A stretch of 64,000 nucleotides of DNA from Thermoplasmata archaeon (GCA_041489255.1 JBGPQV010000001.1:192001-256000); one strand, 5' to 3'. Positions 1 through 10,038 are shown, numbered from the stretch's first letter. The notes: generated by a model not told the origin, from the letters alone. Numbers and translations: made by a program.

Positions 1-1
1 C

Positions 2-394
2 GGGGCGCTGGTGGGCGCGGCGATCTGGGCGGGGATCGGTTTAGCCACAGGCAACATCTTCTATCTGGTTGGCCTGGTCAACGGATTCATAGTTGCCGCA
101 GCCATGCAGTGGGGGGCGAAGAAAGTCACGGGCCCCATGATTCTCATGATGATACTATTCGCCTTGTTCTCCACGTTCCTTGGCATGTGGTTGTGGATAA
201 CGGCAGTCGGAGCCCAGCTAGGCTACGGATTCGACTTGATTGACGGTCTGCGTGTGTACTTCATCTATATGGGCGATGTGGGCGGCGAGGCGTTTCTCGC
301 GTACTTTTTCACTCTCGTGCCAACTCTCTTCATTGCCTGGAACGTCGCCAAGCGGGCGAAAGCGGCGAAACCAAAACTTGACATCCAAGCATGA
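2..394 (+). CDS. Multi-pass membrane protein, 5'-truncated by window edge
   Basis: Frame is open from position 2; several hydrophobic helices; basic C-terminus; stop TGA at 392-394. Confidence 0.7.
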   Translation, partial: GALVGAAIWAGIGLATGNIFYLVGLVNGFIVAAAMQWGAKKVTGPMILMMILFALFSTFLGMWLWITAVGAQLGYGFDLIDGLRVYFIYMGDVGGEAFLAYFFTLVPTLFIAWNVAKRAKAAKPKLDIQA

Positions 395-466
395 AGCCGC
401 AGAAGGGAATCGAACCCTCGACCTGCGCCTTACCAAGGCGCCGCTCTACCACTAAGCCACTGCGGC
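395..466 (-). tRNA. tRNA-Thr(GGT)
   Basis: Reverse complement GCCGCAG-TGGCTTAGTGGTAGAGC-GGCGCCTTGGTAAGGCG-...GGTTCGATTCC-CTTCTGCGGC-T folds as a cloverleaf with anticodon GGT; CCA not encoded. Confidence 0.95.
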
Positions 467-562
467 ATTTGGCGAGCTAAGCTAGGAGGCATAATAAACG
501 TTGTTCCGAGCCATCATGGCGGGGGCTCATGATTAAGTAAGGCGGCATTGTTTCCACGAGCA

Positions 563-2467
563 ATGAAAGAGGCGGTCTCCAGCTTCGACCTCATCGCTAT
601 CGTCGCAGAGATGCAAGGTCTGGTTGGCGGTCACATCGACAAGATCTACCAGAGCGATGACAATTTCTATCTCAAGATCAACCTCCCCGGCGGAGGGAAA
701 CAGGAAGTCTACCTGAGGCCAGGGAAGTGGCTGTGTCTCCAAGAGGCCCGGGAAAAGCCAGAGACGCCCCCGCCATTTGCGCAGGCGCTGAGGCGCTACA
801 TCTCCAATCCGACAATCGCCGCCATCACCCAGAGAGGATTCGACCGCGTCGTCGTCTTCGACCTGGAAACCGAGAAGAAATACATGCTCGTGGTCGAACT
901 CTTTGGCGGGGGAAACCTCGTCCTAGTCGAGGACGGGAAGACAGTTCTTTGCCAGCGCGCTCAGGTCCTCAGGAACAGACAGATTAAGCCTGGACAAGAT
1001 TACGACTTCCCGCCGCCGAGCCTCAACCCGCTCGACATCGATAGAGAGGAATTCCATGCGAAGCTCAAAGCGGGGAAGGGGGCGGTCTCGAGAGCCCTCG
1101 CATCGGAGTTCAACCTGGGGGGCCTTTACGCGGAGGAACTGTGCCTCTTGGCGGGAGTCGACAAGAAGTCCAAGGCTTCAATTCTGACGGAGGAGCAGCT
1201 CGACGGATTTTTCACCGCCCTGAACAACCTCGTTGTGGCGGTGACCGAGGACCGAAGACCTGCCCTCATAGTGCAAGACGGCAAGGCGATTGATGCCGTC
1301 CCGATCGACCTGCAAGTCTACGCCGACAAGGAAAGAATCCAGTGCTCGACCTGCAGCGAGGCGCTCTCCAAGTATCTCGATACCGCCAAGGGCGAGGAGC
1401 AGGTGAAGGAGGTCGAACCTGGAGAAGACGCCGCCGGGCGCTTCCAGAGAAGAATCCAGCAGCAAGAGGAGAGCATCAAGGCGCTCAAGGATGAACAGGT
1501 GAAGTGCGAGTTCCTTGCGTTCTTCCTCTTTGAACACTTCCAGGAATTCGAAGAGCTACTCAAGATGGTGAGAGAGGGACGACAAACCAAGAACGTTCGG
1601 GTCAAGTCGATCGACCACGAGATGCACACGATCACGGTGATGATAGGAGAGGAGGATTCGATCGAGCTCGACTATCGGGAAGATGTGAACGGGAACACTC
1701 AGCTGCTCTACGAGAAGCGCCGCAAGGCGCAGGAACAGTCCGCAAAGGTCGGGGCCGCCTTGGCCGAGACGAAGAAGGAGATGGAACGGGCGGTGAAGAA
1801 GGCGAAGAAGACCGCCGCGCATCCGAAAATCAAGCCGACCAAGCAGTTCTGGTTCGAGGCCTATCGCTGGTTCATTTCATCGGAGGGTTTCCTTGTGATT
1901 GGCGGGAGGGACGCGAGGTCGAACGAGAGCCTCGTCAGGAAGCACCTGAAAGACGGGGACAGGTACGCGCACGCCGAGGTTCACGGCGCCCCGAGCGTGG
2001 TCGTCAAGGATGGAGCGAAGGCGGGTGAGCAGACCCTGCGCGAGGTATGCGAGTTCGCCCTCCTCCACAGCAAGGCGTGGTCGTCCAAGCTCGCGTCCGG
2101 GTCAGCTTACTGGGTCACGCCTGAACAGGTGAGCAAGACGCCCGAGAGCGGCGAGTACGTTCCCAAAGGTGCGTTCATCATCCGCGGGAAGAGGAACCAC
2201 TTCAAGGATCTCCAGGTCCGAGTGGCCATAGGCGAAATCGAATATGAAGGGCACAGGAAGGCGATGGCAGGTCCTCCATCCGCGGTCACCGTCAAATCCC
2301 GCCGCTACGCCATCCTGGAGCCCGGGGACATTTCCAAGGAGAAGCTGACTGGCCGCCTGGCCCGCATCTTCGAGGTGCCCGTGGAGGAGGTCACAAGGAT
2401 ACTCCCGCCAGGGCCGTTCGGCGTCAGGGAAGCGGTTGGGATCGACCTGCAAGCAGGCGTGAGGTAG
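563..2467 (+). CDS. rqcH: Ribosome quality-control protein Rqc2/NEMF homolog (NFACT family)
   Basis: N-terminal SSFDL, FDRVV and ELFGGGN motifs; coiled coil; C-terminal WFEAYRWFISSEGFLVIGGRDA and HAEVHGAP NFACT-R motifs. Confidence 0.9.
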   Translation: MKEAVSSFDLIAIVAEMQGLVGGHIDKIYQSDDNFYLKINLPGGGKQEVYLRPGKWLCLQEAREKPETPPPFAQALRRYISNPTIAAITQRGFDRVVVFDLETEKKYMLVVELFGGGNLVLVEDGKTVLCQRAQVLRNRQIKPGQDYDFPPPSLNPLDIDREEFHAKLKAGKGAVSRALASEFNLGGLYAEELCLLAGVDKKSKASILTEEQLDGFFTALNNLVVAVTEDRRPALIVQDGKAIDAVPIDLQVYADKERIQCSTCSEALSKYLDTAKGEEQVKEVEPGEDAAGRFQRRIQQQEESIKALKDEQVKCEFLAFFLFEHFQEFEELLKMVREGRQTKNVRVKSIDHEMHTITVMIGEEDSIELDYREDVNGNTQLLYEKRRKAQEQSAKVGAALAETKKEMERAVKKAKKTAAHPKIKPTKQFWFEAYRWFISSEGFLVIGGRDARSNESLVRKHLKDGDRYAHAEVHGAPSVVVKDGAKAGEQTLREVCEFALLHSKAWSSKLASGSAYWVTPEQVSKTPESGEYVPKGAFIIRGKRNHFKDLQVRVAIGEIEYEGHRKAMAGPPSAVTVKSRRYAILEPGDISKEKLTGRLARIFEVPVEEVTRILPPGPFGVREAVGIDLQAGVR

Positions 2468-2540
2468 GAGCGGACTCTCGATGTTCAGCTTCGAAATAAC
2501 GAAAGCGTCTTAACTGACGATGTGATGGAATATTATCCCC

Positions 2541-5500
2541 ATGGAGCCCGCATACAGCCGACCCCATCCAAACCTGCGTCTGTTCGCAATGTTCACAGTG
2601 CTAATGCTGATCTTCGTCGCGATAGGATGGATCATCGGTGCAGTTTTCTTCGACGATTGGATCGCCGGTTCGCTCTTCTTCCTCATACTGGCGGGAGTGC
2701 TGAACCTGGTCAGCTACCTCTTTTCCGACAAGATCGTGCTGTGGTCCTACCGCGCCAAAATCGTGAGCGAAAATGAGGCACCACGCCTCTTCAAGATCGT
2801 GCGTTACGTCGCAGGCTTGAACGGCCTGCCCATGCCCAAGATCGCGATCGTCCCGTCCAAGACGCCCAACGCCTTCGCGACAGGCAGGAACCCGGAAAGG
2901 GCTGTCGTCGCAGCGACGGAGGGCATCCTCGAACTCCTGAACGACAATGAGCTCTCCGGCGTCATCGCGCACGAGATGGCTCACGTCAAGGACAGGGACA
3001 TCCTCGTCATGAGCGTCGCGGCGACGGTGGCGGGCGCGATAGCTTTCATGGCGCGGATGTTCGTTTGGAACATGTTCCTCGGCGGCAGGGGTCGAAGGGA
3101 AGGCAGTGGGGACATTCTCATAGTGATTCTGGTCGCAATCACCGCTCCAATCGCGGCAGTTGCGGTTCAGTTGGCGATCTCGCGGAGCAGGGAGTATAAA
3201 GCCGACTTCGTCGGAGCGCGAACAATCGGGAAGCCCAACTACCTCGCCGACGCCCTCGAGAAGCTGGAGGTCGCGAACAGGCGCAGGCCGATGCGGCGAG
3301 GCAACCCTGCATCGTCGTCCCTGTTCATTGTCAACCCGTTCAACGGGAGCTTCTTCTTCACGCTGTTCTCCACTCACCCGCCAATGGAAAAGAGAGTGAG
3401 GAGACTCAGGGACATGGCGAGCGCCTCAATCATCGGTTCCACGATAGAGTACCTCTGGGGAGATGACCTCTATACCCGAGAATATGTCCCAAGCGGATTG
3501 GTGATATGGTCTGACAATGTCTCCGTCGACTCCTCTCAAATAAGGGACGCGGAGGCGTCGGCTGTATGGATCAGCGGGGGCTCTCCGTCCATCTCCAGAA
3601 CTTGGATCGCGCATACGGGTGGAGGGGCGGTCTACATGGACCTCACGAACGCGAGCTTCATCGGGAACACCATTGAGTTCACAGGCGAAAGTGGAGTTTC
3701 GTCAGGCGGGCTTGCAGCTGTTAGAGGACACGCAAAGATAATCGGCAATACGATCCGAGACACTGTCGCGGTCGGCGGTTCCGTGGGGTTAAGCGCGCCT
3801 CTTGTCTTGGACAACACAATTGAGAGCGCGATAGGGGTTTACGCCTTTGACGGCGACTCTCAAATCGTCGGCAACACGATTCTGTCAGACACCATCGGCA
3901 TCGTTTTCGGCGATAGGGGAGATCCTCTGATAGAGAATAACACCATGATTTGGACGGGCACAGTTTCTAACGAAACCGGATCTGCGGGGATATCTAATGA
4001 GAATTCATATGGTGCGCTCTCCCACGGAAGGGTCATTGGGAATACAATCATCGGCTTCCCGACCGGAATCTGGTCTCTGGGGGGAACCGAGACCCTGTTT
4101 CTCGGAAACACAGTCAGAGGGGCGAACAGAAGTGTCAGATGCTGGCCCGAATCGACTTCAAGCTTCATAGGAAACACGTTCGAGAATCAGTACATCGGTT
4201 TCGACGCGGGAGCATGTCAGGCGAAGGAGATCGCGAACAACACATTCAGAAACACCAAGGCATGGGATTTTTACATAGTCACTGGCGGGCTACCTTGGCA
4301 CGCCGTGGCTGTCAACAACTCATTTGATTCCGACAAGGTTCTCATTGCCGAGGCAGGCTCGGACCTCACGATTGAGAATTACCTCGACGCACGCGTCCTC
4401 GACAAGAACCTCCGTCCCCTCCCTGCTGCGACGGTCCAGGTGGGCACAATCGGACAGTCCACTCAACTGGCTACCACGGATTCGGAGGGAGAAGCCAGGT
4501 GGTTCCGTGTCCCGTACGTCAGATACGACTACGACGATTACAACCGCGTGCTTCACATTGGGAATCCTTTCAAACTGTTCTGGTTTTCCTCGTCTGCGGC
4601 GGCCACCTATCCCGCCAAGGACTTGAACAATCTCCCCGACTACCCGAGCCCCCGTTCTGTCAACATGTCCAAGTCCCACTGGGAGTACTTCATCGAGGTT
4701 GGCGCTCCTGACATGGTCGAGCTGGCCATGGAGAGCGTTCAGGCAACACCCGACCCAGTGTTTCTGGGAACACCTGTCTCCATAACCGCCACCGTGAGGA
4801 ACTGGGGCATCGTGAACGCGACGAACGTGTACGTCGAGTTCCGGAACGGAGGATTGAGCGGGACTCCGATTGGGTCTGTTCTCCTGGGCGGGATAACACG
4901 CCTTGGCGGCAGCCGAACGGTCGGGATGTCCTGGACGCCCCCGGCGGCGGGTGACTACACCCTCTGCGTGATCGCGGACCCGCTGAACGCGATTCCTGAG
5001 CTCGATGAGAACAACAACGGTGCCTGCACGAACCTGACCGTGGTCGCCCTACCTGACCTGGCCGTCACGCCGTCGGATGTTTCGTTCCTGCCGGCCCCGC
5101 CATTCGCAAACGGTTCCACGATCCTGATTACTGCTGCAATCTGGAACGCGGGCCTCGCTAGCTCACCCGCCACTTTCGTCCGCTTCCACGACGGGGTGCC
5201 GCCTTCCCCGGCGATTGACGGGGATGTGCCCGTCGGTCCGATCCCTGTTGGCGGGAGCGATATCGCTCAGGTCCAGTGGATTGCATCTGGAGTCGGGGGC
5301 CACGAGATATGCGTAGTGGCGGACCCGGGCAGCACTGTCGCGGAGACAGACGAGAACAACAACATGGCGTGCGTGCCCGTTCAGGTCCTCTCCCTGCCTG
5401 ACCTGGCGCCGACCTCAATCGTGACAGTCCCTCCATCGCCGATCCCCGAGGGCACGCTCTCCAAGGTCAACGTGACAATCGTCAACGCTGGCGACGTGTC

Positions 5501-7505
5501 TGCGGGAGGGTTCGACCTGCTGCTGTTCGACGACTCGAACGGCAACCTCGCTCCCGATCCCGGCGAGGACGTCGGCGTGCATGCAATGACTGGAATCTCC
5601 GGTCATTCTCAGTCGTACGAGGAGTTCTCCTGGTCGGCCGCTCCCGCGGGCGCTCACAGCCTCTGCGCCTACGCCGACCCGCCACCCGGCATGGTGACCG
5701 AGTCTAACGAGACGAACAACGTGATGTGCATCGACATCCTCGTACAGCCGGGCCTAATCCTCAGGCCAGACTACGCTCCGGACTCTCCTCTCCCCATCCC
5801 GCCGATCAGGGTGGGCATGTCCTCTCCCGTCTCCCTCTCGATCCAGGTGCTCAACCAGGGGAACGGCACCGCCACCGGCGACGCGACGGTCGCCTTCCAC
5901 GAGCAGTCATCACCGCCATTCCTCACTTTTGTCCTGAGTCCTCTTGCTCCCGCTGCCGTTTCCTCGCGGTTCACCGCTACGTGGACATCACCCGCCGTCC
6001 CGGGCACATACCTCGTGTCCGTCGATGTGGACTACTACGACAACGTGACCGAGTGGGACGAGACGAACAACGTCTACACGTGGGCGATTGAGGTGGTGGC
6101 TGGTCCAATTACATCTCTCGTGATTGGCTCTCCGAACTACACCACCACGGTGACGTACGTCAAGTCCGTCACTCCCCTCGACTTCTCCGTCATCGACCAG
6201 AGCGGGCTCGGGATAAGGAACACCACGTACACGATCGACGGCGGGGCACCTGTCAACTACACCGCCCCGGGGATGTTCTTCCTGGCGGGAGAAGGAGAGC
6301 ACGCCGTCGAGTGGCGCTCGCTGGACTGGGCGGGGAACCTGGAGGACCTCAATTCAAGGGTGCTGAGGGTGGACGACATTCCCCCCGCAACGACTCTCTC
6401 CATTGGTGATCCCAAGTACCTCGTCGGCGGGAACTTCGTCACCTCGTCCACTCCGCTCGCTCTGCTGGCGGTCGATGGCGGCGTTACCCCCGTCGGACTG
6501 GACTACACGGAGTACAGGGTGGATGGCGGGAACTGGAAGACGTACTCATCGTCATTCGCCATGGCGGGAGAGGGAATGCACGTTCTGGGGTACCGCTCGC
6601 GCGACCTGCTCGGGAACAGCGAGGCGATCCAGTCGATACAGATAGTGGTCGACAACACTCCTCCCGCCACCGCCATCTCGACCGGTGAACCCAAGTACCT
6701 GACCGGCGGCAATTTCGTCAATTCCTCGACTCCCCTCACCCTCTCGGCGGCGGATGGCGGTGTCGGTTCCAACTCCACCTTCTACCGCCTCTGGGGCGGT
6801 TCCTGGTCTCCGTGGCGGGACTACTCCACATCGTTCAGCCTGGCGGGAAGGGACGGGACCTGGTACGTCGAATTCCGTTCATTCGACTACCTCGGGAACA
6901 TGGAGGCCGTCCGGAACGAGACATTGATCCTCGACGACACGCCGCCTGTCACGACGATCTCCCCCGCCGCTCCGTTCACCCTCGCCGCCGCGGATTCCGG
7001 TTGCGGGGTGAACGTCACGATGTACCGGATAGATGGCGGGAGCTGGACGGTCTACACCGGCGGCTTCACCCTCGCCGAGGGGGAGCACACCATATACTAC
7101 TACTCGATCGACAACCTAGGCAACGTCGAGCAGGAAAGGTCGCTGGTCGTCAAGCCGGCGGTCGAAGTGGCGGTGAACTACAAGCCTCTCATCGCTCTCG
7201 TCTTTGCCATCATCCTGGCGGTTATCGGACTTTTATCGTCCAAGAAAAGGCCCTGGAAGAGCGGGAATGACAGGATGGCGGTGGCGAAGGCCTTCGCGTT
7301 CACCTCGCTGCCATTCGTCCTCGCCGAGGCGGGGACGGGGATGGTCTCGCTGCTGACAGGTCAGTTGTCAATACCGCCACTGGCGGGAGTCGGCACAGCG
7401 ATAGACTTGGCCATCCTCTTGGTGGGGCTGGGAGCCGCTGTAATGAGGACGAAGAAGAAGGAACCGGCGAAAGCCGAACAGATGGACGTGCCCAAAGGCC
7501 AGTGA
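2541..7505 (+). CDS. htpX: Chimeric ORF: HtpX (M48 Zn protease, aa 1-294) fused to the beta-helix/CARDB/Ig-like body of a surface glycoprotein with a C-terminal membrane anchor
   Basis: PNAFATGRNP, AHEMAH (HEXXH), SRSREYKAD and STHPP motifs; followed by GNTI beta-helix repeats, four CARDB-like repeats (DPxNxIxExDENNN), D(D/N)TPPxT Ig-like repeats, many NxS/T sequons and 3 C-terminal TM segments. Confidence 0.85.
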   Translation: MEPAYSRPHPNLRLFAMFTVLMLIFVAIGWIIGAVFFDDWIAGSLFFLILAGVLNLVSYLFSDKIVLWSYRAKIVSENEAPRLFKIVRYVAGLNGLPMPKIAIVPSKTPNAFATGRNPERAVVAATEGILELLNDNELSGVIAHEMAHVKDRDILVMSVAATVAGAIAFMARMFVWNMFLGGRGRREGSGDILIVILVAITAPIAAVAVQLAISRSREYKADFVGARTIGKPNYLADALEKLEVANRRRPMRRGNPASSSLFIVNPFNGSFFFTLFSTHPPMEKRVRRLRDMASASIIGSTIEYLWGDDLYTREYVPSGLVIWSDNVSVDSSQIRDAEASAVWISGGSPSISRTWIAHTGGGAVYMDLTNASFIGNTIEFTGESGVSSGGLAAVRGHAKIIGNTIRDTVAVGGSVGLSAPLVLDNTIESAIGVYAFDGDSQIVGNTILSDTIGIVFGDRGDPLIENNTMIWTGTVSNETGSAGISNENSYGALSHGRVIGNTIIGFPTGIWSLGGTETLFLGNTVRGANRSVRCWPESTSSFIGNTFENQYIGFDAGACQAKEIANNTFRNTKAWDFYIVTGGLPWHAVAVNNSFDSDKVLIAEAGSDLTIENYLDARVLDKNLRPLPAATVQVGTIGQSTQLATTDSEGEARWFRVPYVRYDYDDYNRVLHIGNPFKLFWFSSSAAATYPAKDLNNLPDYPSPRSVNMSKSHWEYFIEVGAPDMVELAMESVQATPDPVFLGTPVSITATVRNWGIVNATNVYVEFRNGGLSGTPIGSVLLGGITRLGGSRTVGMSWTPPAAGDYTLCVIADPLNAIPELDENNNGACTNLTVVALPDLAVTPSDVSFLPAPPFANGSTILITAAIWNAGLASSPATFVRFHDGVPPSPAIDGDVPVGPIPVGGSDIAQVQWIASGVGGHEICVVADPGSTVAETDENNNMACVPVQVLSLPDLAPTSIVTVPPSPIPEGTLSKVNVTIVNAGDVSAGGFDLLLFDDSNGNLAPDPGEDVGVHAMTGISGHSQSYEEFSWSAAPAGAHSLCAYADPPPGMVTESNETNNVMCIDILVQPGLILRPDYAPDSPLPIPPIRVGMSSPVSLSIQVLNQGNGTATGDATVAFHEQSSPPFLTFVLSPLAPAAVSSRFTATWTSPAVPGTYLVSVDVDYYDNVTEWDETNNVYTWAIEVVAGPITSLVIGSPNYTTTVTYVKSVTPLDFSVIDQSGLGIRNTTYTIDGGAPVNYTAPGMFFLAGEGEHAVEWRSLDWAGNLEDLNSRVLRVDDIPPATTLSIGDPKYLVGGNFVTSSTPLALLAVDGGVTPVGLDYTEYRVDGGNWKTYSSSFAMAGEGMHVLGYRSRDLLGNSEAIQSIQIVVDNTPPATAISTGEPKYLTGGNFVNSSTPLTLSAADGGVGSNSTFYRLWGGSWSPWRDYSTSFSLAGRDGTWYVEFRSFDYLGNMEAVRNETLILDDTPPVTTISPAAPFTLAAADSGCGVNVTMYRIDGGSWTVYTGGFTLAEGEHTIYYYSIDNLGNVEQERSLVVKPAVEVAVNYKPLIALVFAIILAVIGLLSSKKRPWKSGNDRMAVAKAFAFTSLPFVLAEAGTGMVSLLTGQLSIPPLAGVGTAIDLAILLVGLGAAVMRTKKKEPAKAEQMDVPKGQ

Positions 7506-7617
7506 CGGCCGAGATGGCTGTCGGTCAAGATTGACGTTCGCTGCAAGAAGGGCCTCTTTCACCTCGCCATCGTCGCATCATGCCGTGTCGGCAGTCCTGC
7601 CCCGCCGTCGCAGAGGC

Positions 7618-8061
7618 TCACACCCGGAATCCATCAGCCCTCAGCGTCTCGATTAACTCGCTGGTCGTGAAGCACCTCACACGCGTCTGTCTCTTGAGAT
7701 GCGGATCATCCGACCATACCCCGTCGCACCGGACTGACAGGGCCATCGCGAGATAGACCGCGTCCCTCGGGTCTATCCCGGTCATGGCCTTCTCCGCCTC
7801 GTCCAGGCTGCCGGAGAAGACGGCCTCAGGCAGGACGACGAAGTACTTGCCGAGGGTGGCCAGGAGCGCCTCAGCCTGCCTCCTCTCCAGTCCGGCCCTC
7901 CGGCTCAGCTTGGGGAGGTGCCGGCGGACCTCCTCGAAGAGGTACTCGGGCACGAGCAGCCGGAGCCCTGAGAGCGTGACGATCCTTCGTACGGTGGAGT
8001 CTCTCAGGAATGCGGCGACGAAGACGTTCGCGTCGGCGACGAGCCTCAGCGGTGCCGCCAC
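7618..8061 (-). CDS. PIN-domain toxin (VapC-like)
   Basis: LVADANVF N-terminus, EE motif, DPRDAVY and WSDD acidic PIN residues; directly downstream of a small RHH gene. Confidence 0.85.
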   Translation of the reverse strand: MAAPLRLVADANVFVAAFLRDSTVRRIVTLSGLRLLVPEYLFEEVRRHLPKLSRRAGLERRQAEALLATLGKYFVVLPEAVFSGSLDEAEKAMTGIDPRDAVYLAMALSVRCDGVWSDDPHLKRQTRVRCFTTSELIETLRADGFRV

Positions 8062-8065
8062 GGAA

Positions 8066-8299
8066 TCACCCCTTGACGCCCTTTCCGTAACGCCTCAGCA
8101 GAGCTTCCTTCAGGAAGTGGTCAAGCTCGTCCACGTCGTCAGCCGAGAGCACGCTCTTCGCGGTCAGGCGGTCCATCAGCTCCAGGTCGCGTATCCTCTC
8201 GGCGAGCACACGCCTCACCACCTCGCTCCACTTCACCTCGGGGTGCTTCTTCATCTTCCGGTGCAGGCTCTCCGGGACCGACAGGGTGATGTTGGCCAT
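8066..8299 (-). CDS. Ribbon-helix-helix antitoxin (VapB/CopG-like), 77 aa
   Basis: MANITLSVPESLHRKMKKHPEVKWSEVVR RHH pattern; operon arrangement with the PIN gene. Confidence 0.8.
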   Translation of the reverse strand: MANITLSVPESLHRKMKKHPEVKWSEVVRRVLAERIRDLELMDRLTAKSVLSADDVDELDHFLKEALLRRYGKGVKG

Positions 8300-8450
8300 C
8301 GAATGACATATGTGCGCCCACATAATTGACCTTTTCGCCCTGGTTCTCCCTCGGGTCGACGGCAGGTGACGATGACGGCGATTCGCCATTCTTCTCATCG
8401 TCAGATGATGACTGTGGCCCAGACACGTTCACTCTCCGCCCTGTCGTCGC

Positions 8451-8737
8451 TAGAGCCGCTGGTGGCGGTGTTCGCAATCATCTTGGCGGTTGTCAGCCCT
8501 TGGTCTTCGAAGAGGAGGCCGTGGAAAGGCGGGAAGGACAGGATGACGGTGGCGAAGGGGTTCCTGGTCGCGTCCCTGCCATTCGTCCTCGCGGAGGCGG
8601 GGATGGTCTCGCTGCTGACAGGCCAGATGTCGATACCGCCGGCGGTCGGGATGGGGACGGCTGTACCTGGCCATCCTCTTGGCGGGGCTGGCCGTCGCGA
8701 TGCTCAGAGCGCTCAGGAAGACCGGGACGGAACCTGA
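8451..8737 (+). pseudogene. Degenerate remnant of a surface-protein C-terminal membrane anchor
   Basis: PLVAVFAIILAVV..SSKRRPWKGGKDRM..SLPFVLAEAG..SLLTGQMSIPP closely matches 7181-7440; has small deletions and a frameshift; no gene body upstream. Confidence 0.75.
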
Positions 8738-8972
8738 AGGACACAGCATGGTTCACTCAGATCCCTGAGATGGCTGCAAATAGCCATGCCTCGACCTCTC
8801 GATGCTCGCGGCATACCACCGCCTCCGTTCGAGCACCTTCGGTGAGGAGTTAAGAACCCGATTAACAACCTTCGCAATCAGGCAGCTGACGGATTACTAT
8901 GGATTAGATACTCATAACACCCGGGATTACGCGACTCCTATGCTGCTCTAACATCCCTCCGGACCAGCTCAC

Positions 8973-9164
8973 TTAGTACCTTCCGCCTCCGCCTCTGCGC
9001 GGGGGCCTGTGCTTCGCGAAGCAGTCACGGCAGTAGACCGGCCTGCCATCAGTCGGCTTGAAGGGGACTTCCGCTTCCTTGCCGCAGTCTGAGCAGACTA
9101 TCTTGTGCATTTCTCTTGGTCCTCTGTCGAATCCGCGACCGCCTCTGTCTTCGAACTCACTCAT
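8973..9164 (-). CDS. CxxC-x17-CxxC zinc-ribbon protein, 63 aa
   Basis: PREMHKIVCSDCGKEAEVPFKPTDGRPVYCRDCF; AGGAGA ribosome-binding site upstream of ATG 9164. Confidence 0.85.
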   Translation of the reverse strand: MSEFEDRGGRGFDRGPREMHKIVCSDCGKEAEVPFKPTDGRPVYCRDCFAKHRPPRRGGGGRY

Positions 9165-9273
9165 CTTCTGTCTATCTCCTATTGTCTGTGGCAGGCCCCT
9201 TGTGGGCCCCGCCACGCGAGAACAAATGCTGTTTCCATATATAGTTGTGCCCCAGAGGAGGCGGGAAAAGGGG

Positions 9274-9810
9274 CTACTTCCACTTCTTGACGATGTCTTC
9301 GGCCCTGACGATCTTGGCCCCGTAAATGTTCTTTAAATACTCCAGGCCCTGCTGCTGCGCCTGCTCGTCCATCGCCTCGACGCCGTCGTCGGGGATGATC
9401 GGCTCGTAGCCGCGGAAGAACGCGTCGGCGGTGGTGTGGCGGTCGCAGATGTTCGTGTGCAGGCCTGTTATGACGATCTTCCTCGCGTCGTGCGCCCTGA
9501 GGATAGTGTCCAGCTCCGTCTCGAAGAAGCAGCTGTAGGTCCTCTTCGGCACATTGTAGTCCTCCTTCTCGGGCCTCAGCTCGGGGATGACCTCGGCGCC
9601 CTTGGTGCCGCGCATGGCGTGAGCGCCCCAGACCTTGAGTTCAAAGTCGCTCTTGAGGTGCGAGTCGTTACAGTAGATCACGGGGACGTCGGCCTTCCTC
9701 GCGGCCACGGCCAGCTTCCTCAGGTTGGGGATGATCCTCTGGGCCCTGTCGCATCTCAGGCTCCCTGTCACGAAGTCGTTGAGCATGTCGACGACGAGTA
9801 TCGCGTCCAT
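9274..9810 (-). CDS. Isochorismatase/nicotinamidase-family cysteine hydrolase
   Basis: VVDMLNDF, KRTYSCF and GLHTNIC catalytic D-K-C motifs. Confidence 0.9.
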   Translation of the reverse strand: MDAILVVDMLNDFVTGSLRCDRAQRIIPNLRKLAVAARKADVPVIYCNDSHLKSDFELKVWGAHAMRGTKGAEVIPELRPEKEDYNVPKRTYSCFFETELDTILRAHDARKIVITGLHTNICDRHTTADAFFRGYEPIIPDDGVEAMDEQAQQQGLEYLKNIYGAKIVRAEDIVKKWK

Positions 9811-9906
9811 TCTCCTGCACCTGATTGAGGTTAGGACGGAGGGTGTTTAAGACTTTCGAAATCAGGGGCGTTTATCTGGAGCGCCGCCATGGTTTCATGT
9901 GAGAAC

Positions 9907-10038
9907 ATGAGGACGCTGACAGAACCCCAGATCACCGCAATGATGAAGAAAGTCCGCGGATGGACGCGGACGGAAGACGCGATCGAGCGGACCTGGAGGT
10001 TCAGGACCTTCATGGAAGCCGTGGCCTTCATGAACCGC
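9907..10038 (+). pseudogene. Pterin-4a-carbinolamine dehydratase, 5' fragment
   Basis: MRTLTEPQI...GW...IERTWRFRTFMEAVAFMNR is a typical PCD N-half; similarity is lost after this point. Confidence 0.7.

Noticed and set aside
395-466. tRNA-Thr as an integration site
   Set aside because: Its 3' end abuts a convergent CDS stop; no duplicated tRNA end or integrase seen in the window
3415-3430. Intein or simple stop-codon loss explaining the HtpX fusion
   Set aside because: No intein motifs; the downstream part lacks its own start and signal peptide, which are instead found at 43332 on the minus strand
7181-8780. Diversity-generating retroelement TR/VR pair
   Set aside because: Differences between the copies are not adenine-specific, include indels, and no reverse transcriptase is present
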